The notes under the pieces are model-generated. The model saw only the letters and a program-made list of their open reading frames with translations, did no database searches and was not told the DNA's origin. Of a stretch of 64,000 bases of DNA, positions 14,025 through 27,064 are shown one piece after another. Position 1 is the stretch's first letter. Every line of letters starts with the position of its first letter. Location: the NCBI RefSeq assembly GCF_036321535.1, contig NC_087436.1, positions 44,270,001-44,334,000 on the forward strand, in the 5' to 3' direction. The position numbers and the translations under genes were made by a program. Origin of the DNA: Camelus dromedarius. Taxonomy: Eukaryota.

Positions 14025-14290
14025 TGGAGAGCAGCATTGTGTAGGGTAGAGGCTAAGTTTTAGAGTCAGACAGATGTGCAGTTGAATCCCTGTTGAACAG
14101 AAGAGAGATTTGAACCCTGTTTCCGTGGAGTCTGTGCATTTTGAGGATATAGTTTAATTTCTATGAACCTTAAATTCTTTATCTTTAGTAGAGGGACTGT
14201 AATATCAATCTCATAGAGCTTCAGGGATGTCAAATAAAAAAAATTAGGTGAATACATACTTGGCACTCAATAAATAGCACTTATTTTATA
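14025..14290 (+). mobile_element. MIR SINE
   Basis: ttagagtcagacaga...ttgaatccc...tggcactcaataaatag. Confidence 0.75.
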
Positions 14291-16099
14291 AGGTAACAAG
14301 ACAGATGAGGACTGGAAACCCTTGAATAGCCAGTGTGTTTACACAGGTTTGAAAGAAATAGAGTTCTTGGCCCCAAAGGAAAAGGTATAGGCAATCTCAG
14401 GTATGCTTATCATGTTCATATTCTAAATCCTATAGAATCCTTGAAAGCAAGGTGTTTGTTTTTATTCTTGTTAAAATATTATTGGATATATTGGTATAGC
14501 AATCGGGATTATTTGAAATAGGCTATATTGCTGTTCAACTTTGAAGTCAAAATTTTAACTATGGAAATGCTAGCATATTCAAGGAATGATGCAAAATGTA
14601 TCCTCATAAATAAATAAAGAAGAACTGATTGTGGATTAAGTTCTTTAACCATGAAATCTGTTTCCAAAACTTAATTTCATGTTTCCCTGAAATTGTATGC
14701 AACAGAGACTTGTTCTGCGAAGTAAAACTTGGCACAGAAAAGTGAAAACTTGGATGTTATTTAACCACTTCATGGGTATTTTTTTCCATCTTGCTGTGTC
14801 ATCTTTTAATTTTACAGTCATATAAGATTAGGCAATTTTAGTAATAATACTGCCTTTCAGTGAATAAGGCTTTCTTCTTTTTTTTTCCACATCATATAAT
14901 TAAGAACCATTAACTACCGTTAGGGGATTTGGTTAAGTCATCTTTAAGTTTATGAAAACAAAATGAATGGTCTTCCATAATCTTAAAAAAGCCATGGACT
15001 TTGGCAGGCAGTTAGAAGTTACTGTCGACAATTCTCCTTGGGTATTACTGCATTGTGTGAAATTCTTCACAGATGTTTTTAAGACCTTATCAGAGTTTTT
15101 ATGTAAACTTACTAAAAGGTTTTGGGTTTACAAAGCAACATTGGCTAGTTATAACAAGCTACTCACTTTCTAGGGAGATGCTGTATTTTTTAATAGTGAT
15201 GATTTGTATATTTAAGAATGGATGCATTGCTACATAAGCAGAAATTAAAACCTAAACACAATCTTTAATGACAGTATTTAGAACTATGCTTAGTTTTAGT
15301 TTTTTTTTTTTCTTTCTTCTTTTAGAACGGGAATAAAAGAGGGCTTGTTGTTTCATGAGGCATGATAGACCTTTTTCCTGCAATTATTTCCTGCAACATA
15401 TTTTCTAAAAAATTATTCTACTTGTATGGTATAACTTCCCTAGCACCCTAGCACAGTGTCTCCTCAACTTTCTTAAAGGAATTTCTTTCTCATTGTACCA
15501 CAGTATTATAGTAATATGCTTAATTTTAGGTTGTTGAAGATAGTAATTATTGAGATAATGTATTTTGTTTCAGCATGACTCAATGGGAAGAATAATTGGT
15601 CAAATGTTGAAATGGGCCCAGGGAATATCTATGATGTCAGACCACTGGGCAAAATTTTGAGGGCACCCAATCATTGCTGTCTCCTCTACTGGTCTTTAAA
15701 AATATAACACAGTTCAGGTTACTTCATAGGTCATGGGCAAGTCTGATCTTGGTGGGAAGCAAAAGTACAGAGGAGACACATGCTCTCAGTAGGTGGGAGA
15801 AGTCAGATGCCAAATCAAGGAAGAAACACAATTAAATAATTAAAAGCATGAGGGTTATGACCTGGCATGTGAACCCTACCCAGGTCAAACAATTAGAGAT
15901 TTGTGGCAATTTTCCGAAAGGAGTGAACAAATTCTTTACATAGGCATTCAAACAGCTTCAAGGTAAGAAAATATCTTGTAAGATGATTTCTTTTAAAGTA
16001 TCTGCTAGGGGAAAATAAACTTTTAAACAGAGAAATTTTGAAAACTGAAAAATGCCATCTTCTCTCCAGTATATGTTTGGATGTACAGTTGCCCCCTCA

Positions 16100-16870
16100 T
16101 GAGTAACAGCTTCCAAACTAAACTCACTGGCTTTCTCCCCTATCCTCCCGGACTTTCATTTCTCCAAGTCAGGCTTGACTTTTCTGTCAAACCTCTGTAT
16201 TCAGTAAGTACCTGAGCCCTGTCTGTTCTACCAAGTATTGTTTCAGGCTCTCTTCTACTTATACTCACTACTCCTGCTGTTGTTGGAACCTTTAAAAAAA
16301 TTTCTCCCCTGGATTTTCAAAATAGTCTCCTGATATTTTTCCTGCAGCCCACTCTCCTCCAATGCATCCTCCATACCCTGACCAAAATTATTTTTCCAAA
16401 ATACTAATTTAATATGTGACTTTTTTCATTAAGACCTTTCATTGATGTTCCATTGCCCACAAGATAATCTAAAAACCTTAGCGAGGCACATGAGGCCCTC
16501 CATGAAGTAATCCCTTCTCATGTCCTTTGACAGCTCCACCTCCCACAGCCGGTGCCCTAGCAAAATGCATCTATCTGTGTTATACTAATTGCAGTTTCAA
16601 GAATTTACTATGTTGTTTTGGACCTCTGTGCTTTGTCTATGGTATTTCTTCTACCTGAAATGCCTTCTCCCTCTTTTTGCACATCCCTCCTCTCTTGTTA
16701 GCCCCCATTGTTCATCTGGCAAAATCATATCTAGTCTCTCAAATTTGTTCTCTGAAATTCAGACTTCTTTGGGAAGTTTCCCTTTAATTTCTCCTCCTCT
16801 GCTTGTCATTGTATTATCAGCAACTACTGCATTTCTGAGCCCATAACAATGCTCAGTAATTGTTGGGTAA
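16100..16870 (+). mobile_element. L2 LINE fragment
   Basis: ctccaatgcatcctccata...ccattgccc...gaggccctccatga...gacctctgtgctttg...cctgaaatgccttctcc. Confidence 0.7.
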
Positions 16871-18439
16871 TAATGATCGTTGTGTCACAGAATGCAGACT
16901 ATTAGATCACACATAATTCTCTAACCTAATTTTTGTTGGTTGATTTGTTTGTTGATTGAGAAAGGTATAAGGGTTGTTTTATTCTCACTTGTTGCTCTTA
17001 TATCAACATAAAAAATTTCCTTTTGGTTATGCCCAAATAAAGAAGAGATCTATGTAAGTTGCATTTAACTGAGCCTTGTGTTAAATCAGAGGTAATCCTG
17101 TGGCTTGGGCATTGAGAAACTCTGACCCTTTGAGGTCTTTTATTGATTGATTGAGATGTTGGAATTTACAGAGAGATGTAGGAGGACTGAGGATATTATT
17201 TTAGGATATTATTTTATTAAGTCCCTAAAACATGCTCTGTTACTTAGAAATAGTAAATTTTTATAGATTAATTATAATGTATATGTTTATCAACATATGT
17301 AATTAATGGAAAATTGCTTTGAGGATTGCCACTAGCATAGAACTGGAAAGATAAATAAAACATATTTAAAATATTTTGGGCTTTTTGAATGTAACATGGT
17401 TAATGTTCTCTGTTTTTGAGGAGAACTGCTTCAAGTAAATTATGTTTCTTGAGTTGTGAATGGTTTACTTTCTATATTCCTCTTTTTCTATGTAAATTAC
17501 TTAATGTTAAAAATTATTTATAATGGTTTATATTTTGCAAAAGCCTAAATATGCAACATTTAGTTGTAATATCTAATAATCATATACTCAAATGTTTTTA
17601 GAACAACCAAAATAACTCCCACAATGGGTCATTTAGACCTGTATAGGTGTTATAAATTTTTATTCTAGGTAAGTTTTTGAGAAATTGTCTTTTTGGTGGG
17701 TAGGTTCTAGTATGGTGATTTTCTAATCATAGAAAAGTACTGTGCTATGCAAATAAAATCGTGGCGTTTCTTTCTCTAGGATCTGTTGGAACAGTTTAGA
17801 TAGTCTTTCTTGGAGGACATGTATAAATTAAATTCTGTGTCTCTCTCTCTCAATCTCTCTTACTCTCTCTTTTCTATATAAATGTATATATATATGAACT
17901 TGCTTTTGCTATACAGTTTTGTGTAACAAAATAAATGAGTGGGAAGAAGTAAGGATTAAAAACAGATAAAAATTAGTGAAAGCTAAGCATAAAAAGTAGT
18001 GCAGATTATATTATTTATTTTTTAAGATAAAAATTATTTACTAAACTGTGTTTTTTATTTAGAAAGAATTACATTAAATGTTATAACCATGTGAGTAATA
18101 ACCATGACATTGATGGTGTTTTTTTTCCAAAGAATCCAATGCATTTTCTAAAGAACTTAATAGGCACAGCTTCAAATTATTAATTAAAAAAAAAAGATGC
18201 TATAGTGTTACTATAAAATTAAAAAAGCTTGGGATTGAAAAATATCTTGATTGTAGACTTCTAATCTTTACATTTTCTTATTATAGAGTCTACAAAATTC
18301 AAACAGTTTTTCTTCTATTGTATTCCTGTTTAAATACTGATAATTGAGTGGCAGACAAAGAAATTTATGGTAAATGATATGATTGTCAAAATATTTGGTA
18401 CTTCTCTCTAAAGGACTCTTATTTATTTGGCACCTTTCT

Positions 18440-18771
18440 ACTAGGGGTCTTGACTATGTCAACTTGGCCAGGTTACTTATTTTGACCAGCAAAATAAGTT
18501 ACAATGAAATAAGTAAGGGTACAAGTGACATATGCTACTTCCATGCTGAAGTTTTAAGAGCCCATTCTGATTTCTTTCCTCTTTGCCATAAGAGGTCCAC
18601 ATAGGGCCGCTTATTCAGACTTGTACATGAAATGAAGAAGATATTGAGCAGAGTCACAGCTCATCTGTGATAAGCATAAATGTGAGCAAGAAATAAACTT
18701 TTATTGTTTAATCCACAAAACTTGAGATTATTAATTACTGTAACATGACTTAGCCTGAGATGACTAAAGCA
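18440..18771 (+). mobile_element. MLT1 (MaLR) LTR, MLT1I/J-like
   Basis: acttccatgctgaagttttaagagcc...tgtgagcaagaaataaacttttattgtttaa...ttagcctgagatgactaaagca. Confidence 0.75.
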
Positions 18772-18884
18772 GTTGAAAAATTTAATAATGAAATAAAAGT
18801 AGATGTATATAAAAATACATGCGAATTCTTTTTTTTTCTCAGAGAAAAAAAGTACAACTCAATGTCTTCATATAAAAAATAGAT

Positions 18885-19230
18885 TCGCTATTGCGCTGCC
18901 TTTGAGCCCCCTCCGCCGCGTGTGTGGCGCCTGTGCGTGGTGCCTGCGCGTGGGCTGCAGTGCCAGAGCATGCGCTTGCGCATAACTGGGGCCGTCTGGC
19001 TCCGTGGCGGCGGCGGCCCTTTAAACCGCGAGCAACATGGTGGCGCGGGGCTGCCGGCGGGTGAGGGTCTGTAGCGCTCCGGCCTCAGACTCTGGCTTTC
19101 GCCAAGGCTGAAAGTCCTTCAGGAGACGTCGGGGACTTCTGCAGTCTCCACGACTTATTGCCTCGCATGTCCTGTGCCTTCTCTGTAAGTCTGAGTGTCA
19201 TCTCTTCGTGGGGCTCAGTGAGACGTGCAG
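18885..19230 (+). promoter_or_regulatory. CpG-island-type promoter and candidate first exon
   Basis: Only CpG-dense segment in the window. NRF1-like TGCGCTTGCGCA at 18971-18982 with overlapping GAGCATGCGC; YY1-like CAACATGGTGGC at 19033-19044; splice donors CGG|GTGAGG (19060/61) and TCT|GTAAGT (19184/85). Confidence 0.7.
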
Positions 19231-19460
19231 GTTCAGTTAAAACAAAGAAACAAAAAACAAACTTTCTGAAGTTAATTTTTAAAAGACGTTTGTCCCAGAA
19301 AAGTCGATAGCTCAACCCAGTAGGGTCTCTGTTGTGTTTCAGTATCTCCTCAAAATGCAATTGGTTTCAAGCTCAAGTAAACTTTTGTGGAGAGGTTTAA
19401 CAAGATTTTCAGACATTATCGGTTGGAAATGGGAATTGTGTTTTGCGTTTTGGAATTCAG

Positions 19461-19519
19461 TGTACCCAAATGAAGTACAGCATGATTTATCAGTTGAAAA
19501 TAGACACTACAGTGAACAG
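19461..19519 (+). other. Candidate internal exon (59 nt) downstream of the CpG promoter
   Basis: Acceptor tgttttgcgttttggaattcag| and strong donor CAG|GTAAGA. Confidence 0.4.
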
Positions 19520-19824
19520 GTAAGATAACTGTTAATGAAAGTTTGAACCAGTAGTTTCTTATTAGAAAGTAGGTATATGAGTATGTGTAAAGAGAATCAA
19601 AAAGAGCACAGTTAAATCAAGATACTTCAAACAATACAACAATCTTGAAAACAGAAAGATGTGAGAATGAAGGTGCAACTCTGATGAATATGATAAAAGC
19701 CCAGGAGAGAGACGATAAAGTATGCCCTGCTCCGCAAACCCAGAACATATTCTGATTGCTCTAGTGCTTAACTGCCTTCTTAGTATATCATGTCCTTGAT
19801 TGCCCAGGAAGCCCTTAAAGTCCG

Positions 19825-20340
19825 TGAGGCAAAAGAGGCTAGTTTTACCTCTAGAACTAGTCACAGAGGGAACAGGAAAGTTTATTCAGCTCACTGATAC
19901 CTTTGCTTCTCTTGTCCAAATGGTTTCGGGGTCAGAGTTGCCTGCACTTTGCTGAAAGCCTACTCACTCTGCAAGAGTGGGCCCCATGCATGCATGCTTA
20001 GTTACCGGTCTCTGTAGCACAGACACTGGGCCAGGGTGACCAAGTCTGAAAAGCTTCCTACATCACACGTTGTATCCAACATCCTAGCCCTGGGAATGCC
20101 TTCTGTCCTTGTTTAACCCTGAGCTAACAGCCTAGACTTCCCTTTCCTTAGGGATTCATTGCTCTTTATTCCTGTAAGACATGGTTGGAGCCATCACGGT
20201 CCAGGACTTCCTGTGAAAATGACCTACCGTTTTCTTAGTAACAGCTCTGCTTATGAAGGAATGAAGCATCTTTCACTAGTGTAGTCAAAAAGCACAAGCT
20301 GTTTTTCATCTCCCAGGACCTCAGGTGCCTTGTTACCGCA
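19825..20340 (-). mobile_element. Possible ancient solo LTR (family not identified)
   Basis: TG...CA bounded ~515-bp higher-GC block; minus-strand AATAAA (tttatt 19881-19886) about 55 nt from its 3' end. Confidence 0.35.
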
Positions 20341-20362
20341 CACACACACACACACACACACA
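20339..20362. repeat. (CA)12 microsatellite
   Basis: Direct reading. Confidence 0.95.
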
Positions 20363-21054
20363 CTCCCTACATGATTTGGTCAAAAGAGAGAAATCCTTTT
20401 CTCTAATACACTCCTCTGTTTACTGTCATTATTTTCTGGTCATTGGCATTGATACATTTCTGTGAATATTTGGAGCTTTTCTTCTGCCTTTATTCTTTGA
20501 GTCTTTTAACCCACTGAGGAGAAACAGCCTGGGCTATTATTCTTTGGTGAATAATTAAAAGTGGTGGTGATGAGCGGTATGCAGAACTGGTAAGGCCGAA
20601 ATATTCCAGAGTTTTGCTGCTAGGGATCCTGTCTTGCTACTTTACTTCTAAGTGTGGGTCAAAGCAGGAATTTCTGAAACTGTGAGAAGTGAGATGTGTC
20701 TTCTGTGACAGTGGCCAGGACCTTAAAAAAGTTAGAGACCATGACCATTCTATAGAATTTGAACTTGGACTTTCTATCACCTTTCCAAAGGACATTGCCA
20801 CTTTTTATTCTGTTCTTTACTGTCTTTGCTGCACTTGTAAGAGTAGCTGTTTATCTTTGAGCATCCTCCCATCCCCTTCTCAGTCTGAGGACCAGTGTCC
20901 ACAGTTGAGATTATTCTCCAATGTTTCTTAGTTCTTGAAGTTTAAAAACTTGTCAGGCAAGTATGCTTCCAAAAGGAATCTTTGGTCTATATAAATACTA
21001 AGTTGTTGTATAACATATATATGTACATACACACATATATGCTTTTTTAAGATT

Positions 21055-21220
21055 GCTTTCTTTTCTTTCTTTCTTTTTTTTTCCTGAGGGGAGGGAGGCA
21101 ATTAGATTTGTTTGTTTATTTATTTATTTATTTATTATTTTAATGGAGGTACTGAGGATCGAACCCAGGACATCTCGTGCTTGCTAGTCATGCACTCCAC
21201 CACTGAGCTATACCCTCCCC
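21055..21220 (-). mobile_element. Camelid-type tRNA-derived SINE (Vic-1-like)
   Basis: Minus strand begins GGGGAGGGTATAGCTCAGTGG (A box)...GGTTCGATCC (B box), then (AAAT)n, CTAATTGCCTCCC and an A-rich tail. Confidence 0.85.
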
Positions 21221-21647
21221 ACAGGAGTGTTTTCTTTAACTATTTCATGTTTGTACTGGATTTCCTACTTTCTATGGGTGGAAGTTCTCTGATTGTTTTT
21301 TAAATTGAGTTCTTAGTGTCTCTAGCATTAAAATTTGAGGATTTTAGCTATGATTTTGGCTTGCTGTGCTACGATTTCTTCTTACTGATTCTTTGTTCTT
21401 TTGTATCATTCTCCTTTTTTCTGGCCTCATGTATGTTCCTCTTCAATCTCAGTAAGTATTTACAAGTACGACAGACGATTTTGAGTCATTCTTCACTGTG
21501 GCCTATTGAGTTAGCACCTTTTTCTGGCATCTATTTTGGGGGACGTTATTTATTAGTTCCCTGCCTTCCCCTGTCATTTGTTGCTGGCCAAACATTCAGG
21601 ACTGTTAGCTCCATTCTTGAGCCTATTCAGGTGTTTTAGGGAGATGG

Positions 21648-22160
21648 CCATGGTCTTGAGGTTCTGGACCCCCTTGAAAGCAAGTGTTTTGCAGAGCCCT
21701 ATGCATTTCAAGGCCTAAGTAGTCACCTATGCAACATACTGACTGTTCAACATAAGCCACCTAAAAGAAAATCTCATGGCATAAATTTGATGATTTTTAC
21801 ATAAAGCAGAACATAAATAACACAATTTAAATAACATTTTCTTTAATTTTAATAAAGCTCTGTATTTCACTAAAAATGGTAAAGATTCAGCAGACTTAAG
21901 TAGGGAATTAAAACAAATATAAATATATATATACAGGGAATTACCAATGTTTTCTAGCACTCTAACTTTATTATGCTATTTGGCCAGGTTAAAAAGTTAG
22001 TCATCTGTGGTTTGCCATCCCTTGAAAGATTGCAGAGGAGACTTTTTAGCCTACAAGTCTCAGAGTTATCCTGGATTATTTCTAAATTTTGACAATGTTT
22101 TGAAATGATACTTTGACCTTGAGAACCCTGGGGGCTCCAAGAATGCATTTGAAACTACTG
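21648..22160. mobile_element. hAT-Charlie-like DNA transposon remnant
   Basis: Right end gaaccctggggctcc...tttgaaactactg matches Charlie-type termini; AT-rich interior. Confidence 0.55.
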
Positions 22161-23864
22161 GCTATCTGGGCTTTGAATGATTCATCCTACAAAAAATAAC
22201 TGTTTTTTTTTTTCTCATGGTATTGTCCAGTAGGAAGGAGCCCCTTAAAATTATATGGTTTGTTATGATGATTGTCATTTGAAAATTTTGGACAGCTCTT
22301 TCCCACTAATACATCCAAAAATGAAATCAATTATGAAGTTTCATTACCCTTCTCTAAAAATTGGATCCATTTTTTCTTAATCACTTATAAATACCAATAT
22401 ATTTCAATCGTAATACTAGTATATTCAAATAATATATTAAACATACACCTAGTTATTGTCCTTATGGGATTATATAACTCTTTCTGATTACTTTGATTAT
22501 TCTGGTGCTCAGCACAAATATATTTTCAGTGATAATATAATCAGCAGAGAAGATTTTATTATCACTAAACCAATTCTGTCCCAATCTAGTGACCCTTAGT
22601 TTGAGAAGTAAGAAATGAAGTTAGAGTAAATGACTATTGATTGGTATTGGTCTCTAGTTTCTAGGATTCAAAATAAAAGAAGAGGCTGAAAAAAAATCAT
22701 TACACACTAACACATTTATCCCAAATGGATTTATAAATTAGTGTCTAAATATTTATGGGAAAATAGTGGATAGTAAATGGTTGGGTTGTATGAGTATTGG
22801 GCATCAAGTTATGTTCCCTCTCTTTCTATTTCAATTCAGCTTAAAAATCTCTTCACTTAAAAAAGTGATTGCCTAGAGACCTTTGAAGCCAGGGAGGATG
22901 ATGGGGGGCAAGAGGTTTATTCCCAGGGTCACACTTCATTTGCATAAGCTAGTAGCCATAGGGCACTGTGGAATGTCTGTAAATAGATTACATTACAGAA
23001 GTTCAGCTTAAAGGGACTCAAATAAATCCTCAAGCAAACATTTTATATTGCTTCGGGTTCTGCTGTAATAAAAATATTTTCGTAACACAACATTCTATGA
23101 AGGCAGGAAATGAAGCAGGAGGGTCTCCACATCTTTTTTCGGTGCACTGTTATGAAATGTTTTAAAGAAGACAAACACAATATTCTTATTATCTTAACAA
23201 AAGTTATTCAAAACAGGATTATGTCATTCTACGTGGCTGTCATGAGGTAGTAAGACAAATACAAATCTCTCTCTCTCTCCCCTCTCCTTCTATCTTGGCA
23301 TCTTGGCTTTGTCTCTTCTGGACTCTTACTTTTTTACCCTGCCAATCTTTCAGGTTCACTGCTGTGGGATCTGTCCAATAACAGCATGCCTGGAAGTACT
23401 GAATATTGCATTCTGCTCTCCAAAGGAATTTTGGTCAGAAAGCATGATTTAAAACCCAAAGATCAGATTTAAACATTGCCATCTCTGAAAAAAGAATGAA
23501 GGTGAAATATACTGTTTTAATTCTGACACAGCAAAAGGGGACTGTTCCATAAAATAAGTCATAATTAAGTTTGAATTTGAGTGAAAACAATGGAAGACAT
23601 CACTATGCCCAGCCCAATTTCTCAGATTATAATATATATATATAAAAAACCACATATGCTTTTACTTTAAAATGTGGGTAACAGATCAATTCTTCAAATA
23701 GAAATATGCTGCTGTAAATGTGATTTTAATGAAATTTGTACCATTAGTATATACTTTCATGATTTTGCATGCTGGCTTTAAGAAACTGATAGTCAGTACA
23801 TTTCAAATTTGTAGGTCATATTCTGTATTCTACCAAGCCTAACATTTTGTTTATTTTTGTATCC

Positions 23865-24200
23865 ATTCATTCATTCTTTGAGCATTTACTAAGCACTCGC
23901 TGGATGTCAGGCTCCATGCTAGCTGCTGAGCAGGGATAATGCTGGGATTCATCCGAACTGGGGACCAGGAATGAGAGAGGCTAAATGGTGCACTGGACTG
24001 ATCCTACACTTTAAAATTGGGTTCACCAGGTTCAAGTACTACTTGAACTAGTTAGTTGAGCAGTTTGAAGTTAGACAAATCACATCTCTGAGTCTTAGTT
24101 TCCTCACTTGGAAGAAGGGTCAGCAAACCTATCCTGCAGGATACTTGCAAGGTTTATGGAAAACTTAGGGAAGATGATTGGTACTATGTGTATCATGTAG
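23865..24200. mobile_element. L2 tail (minus, ~23865-23935) followed by MIR (plus, ~24015-24200)
   Basis: cattcattcatt...catttactaagcac; tctctgagtcttagtttcctcact. Confidence 0.65.
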
Positions 24201-27064
24201 ATCTTGAAAACACCATAGCCAATTTCATTATCATGGTTGTCACAGACTTATAGTATTTAAGTGTTTACGTAATTTAAGTAAGCAATTTAAAATATTTATC
24301 AGTGATATGGGATTGCATTTTTAATGGTTTCAAACTGAGCAGAATAGGTCTCAGTAAAGTGTTTTTTATTTGCATTTACGCGAGCACTACACAATTGAAG
24401 TAAGTTTTAATGGACTTAGTCATGTTATCTAAATATAAGGACTAGTACATCTGAAAATCTAGAGGCTTAATCTAGAATTGGTATTCAAAAAGAACATCCA
24501 TAAAAGAAGTAAGACGTGTTAGTCTAGGAATCATATCAATCTCTCAATATACAATGCCGTAGTATCTCTTTCATTGTACTTGCCCCAAACTTCCATTTCT
24601 AATTAAAATATCCCCACATCTTCCATACATATCTGATTATGAGAAGGTGCAAGTTATAACATTGTCCTATAACAGAAAAAGGAGAAATAAAATATAGAGC
24701 ACGTAACTACTTTGTTTTTCCTGTTTTTCCATGGAAATACTAGTCTTTTATAGTAATTTAATCAGATAATTTCAATTTATATTACTTTGTGTTTCATCAT
24801 ATTTACTTTTCTAATAACTACAATTATTCTCAGACTGAACATTACATTTTTCTCCTAGAATAGATGTGCTTAAATTGAAAAAATCCAATTGAATAAGAGC
24901 ATGTAACAAGAAAATGTAATCCATCCTTATTAAAAAAGGCGGCTTACCTTTATCTGGGTGTTAAATAGTACAAATCCATGAGAGCCAGTGAATGTTTTGA
25001 AGTCAAAACGAAGGGCATTACTAAGGCTGAAGTGGATTTGTCACAGAATTATATGTATTACCTCAGAAATAGGTTATTATATCTAGGAAGGGCAGGGGGA
25101 AATATGAAGAAATAAAATAAGAGAAAGACCATTTGATTTTCATGTATCTTTGCCTGGGTGAAATACTTCTGATATAGATTTTTATGCAAAATTTACTTTA
25201 GATAAATAAAGTCCAAAGCAGTTTAAAAGAGCTTTACACCTAATTTATTAAATAGGATATGTTTTCTAGAAGAAGGCTTCAGATGAAGATGTCTTTGACT
25301 ATTAAGAGCTCTAATAATAGCATTATAAAGAATTCTGGCATAGACACCAGGCATTATGTAGGGTGGCATCTATTTTGACTGGGAACCCATACGCTTAGCC
25401 CACAGGATTCACGTTCAGTTTAGTTTAGTTCGGTTTAGTTTGTATGTCTTTAAAATATTTAATGTATTATGAACCATGCATTTCTTGTTAAAAGATGTGA
25501 CCACTTACATAGTTTTCAAAATTTTTACAGTGGCAGTAACAAAGCAACATTACTTTAAACATGGATTTTTAAATAAGGCATTAAAATGTACTGATTCATA
25601 TGTGGTTGTAGTGCTCTTGAATTTATTTACAATGAAAATAACAAAAAAACAGTGAGAAACAGCACTTCACTGGATAACAGCACTTAATATATAGTAACCA
25701 TAGCATGGTTTGGGATAAAATTACCTAATTAATTGAAAGAATTTCATTATAATGGGATTTCACCTATACATTGGACCCTACAGCACAGATTTTATGGTCC
25801 CACTTAGAGCATTGTGCCAATGTTTAAATTACATGCTTTACAGAATCAAATTCAGATGTGTTTCTGTATGTCACCAGAACTGTCATGGAAAGTGGTTGTA
25901 CGTGTAATGCGGTTTTATGTAAATTATCTTTCAAAAAAGAATTGTATATGCTTCATATGAGGTGATCCAGAGAAAGCTTGATTCATCTTAGTGTCCTTTT
26001 CTTAGTACTTACTCATTCTATGTTCTACTGTCATTTCTTTTATGCTCATAAGAGAAAGATTTTGTTTACCTTTCTGCTCACTCTTCTGCATGTCTCTTGG
26101 TACTCAGGACAAAAAGAAGATATGCTCATAATTCAGTGTTATTTTAATTATAAGGAAATATTTTTCTATCTTTTAGGCTCTGGAACATAATGTGATACTG
26201 CTGCTATAGAATTTGAGCAGTTAAGACTGAGTAATGTAGTTCCTGTAGAAAGTTTCTGTCATTATTACTTACTGACAGAAGTTAGGGTCAGCAGAGTTCC
26301 TAAAAAGTAGGTATGGAGTGTTCAGAAACTTTGGAATTGGCAGGTTACAGGGTTCCTGAATGGCTTAGCTAGAGTCATAAAGATGTATTTGGTGAACTTG
26401 GGAATAGAATTTTTATCTTTTCATTTTCAATCTAATGCCTTTTCCCTTTACATGAATATCTTTCTAAAAATATTTATAAACCTATTATGTGCAAAGTAAT
26501 GTCAGGTTCTGAGGATGCCAAGAGATACAAGTTAGACCACCATCATGGTGCAGCAGGCTAGTAGTAAGCCAGTAGTAGAATGAAATAAACCAAGATTCCT
26601 CCAGTATCTTAGGTTGGAGTCCAAAAGGAGGTCATTTTTAGTAATGATCATCTTTGTTTCGCTAGTTCCTTTTCCTGCCTAATAATTTTGACCATAGTCA
26701 CCAGCAAATCTTCCACCATTGGCTACTGCTGAAAATCCCCAAATGGTGTCCTCCATGAGCTCCTCAAACAGTCTAGTTAATTATCCAGAATTACTCCTTC
26801 CTTATAACTCTGTAAAGTTCTGTTTCTGGACCATGCTTATGCCTATTTTCTTTCTTTTTGGATAGATTTGTTTTTCCTTTAGAGGTCTCTAAGCCTTTTA
26901 TATAAATATATTTCTGTTGGGACTGCCTAATTGTATTCAAATATGTTTGAACCCAAACTGATGGAAGAGGAAGAAGATAGTAGTGACTTTCACCTGAGGG
27001 GAAAAAAAAAAAGAGACAAACTGGACTGAAAACTGGCATATGGCAAATGCCAATTTAGTGATTA

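Noticed and set aside
15884..15962. Exon candidate ending AAG|GTAAGA
   Set aside because: Weak acceptor; isolated donors like this are expected by chance in 64 kb.
21140..21220. tRNA gene
   Set aside because: A and B boxes are present but followed by a SINE body and A-rich tail, so it is a SINE.
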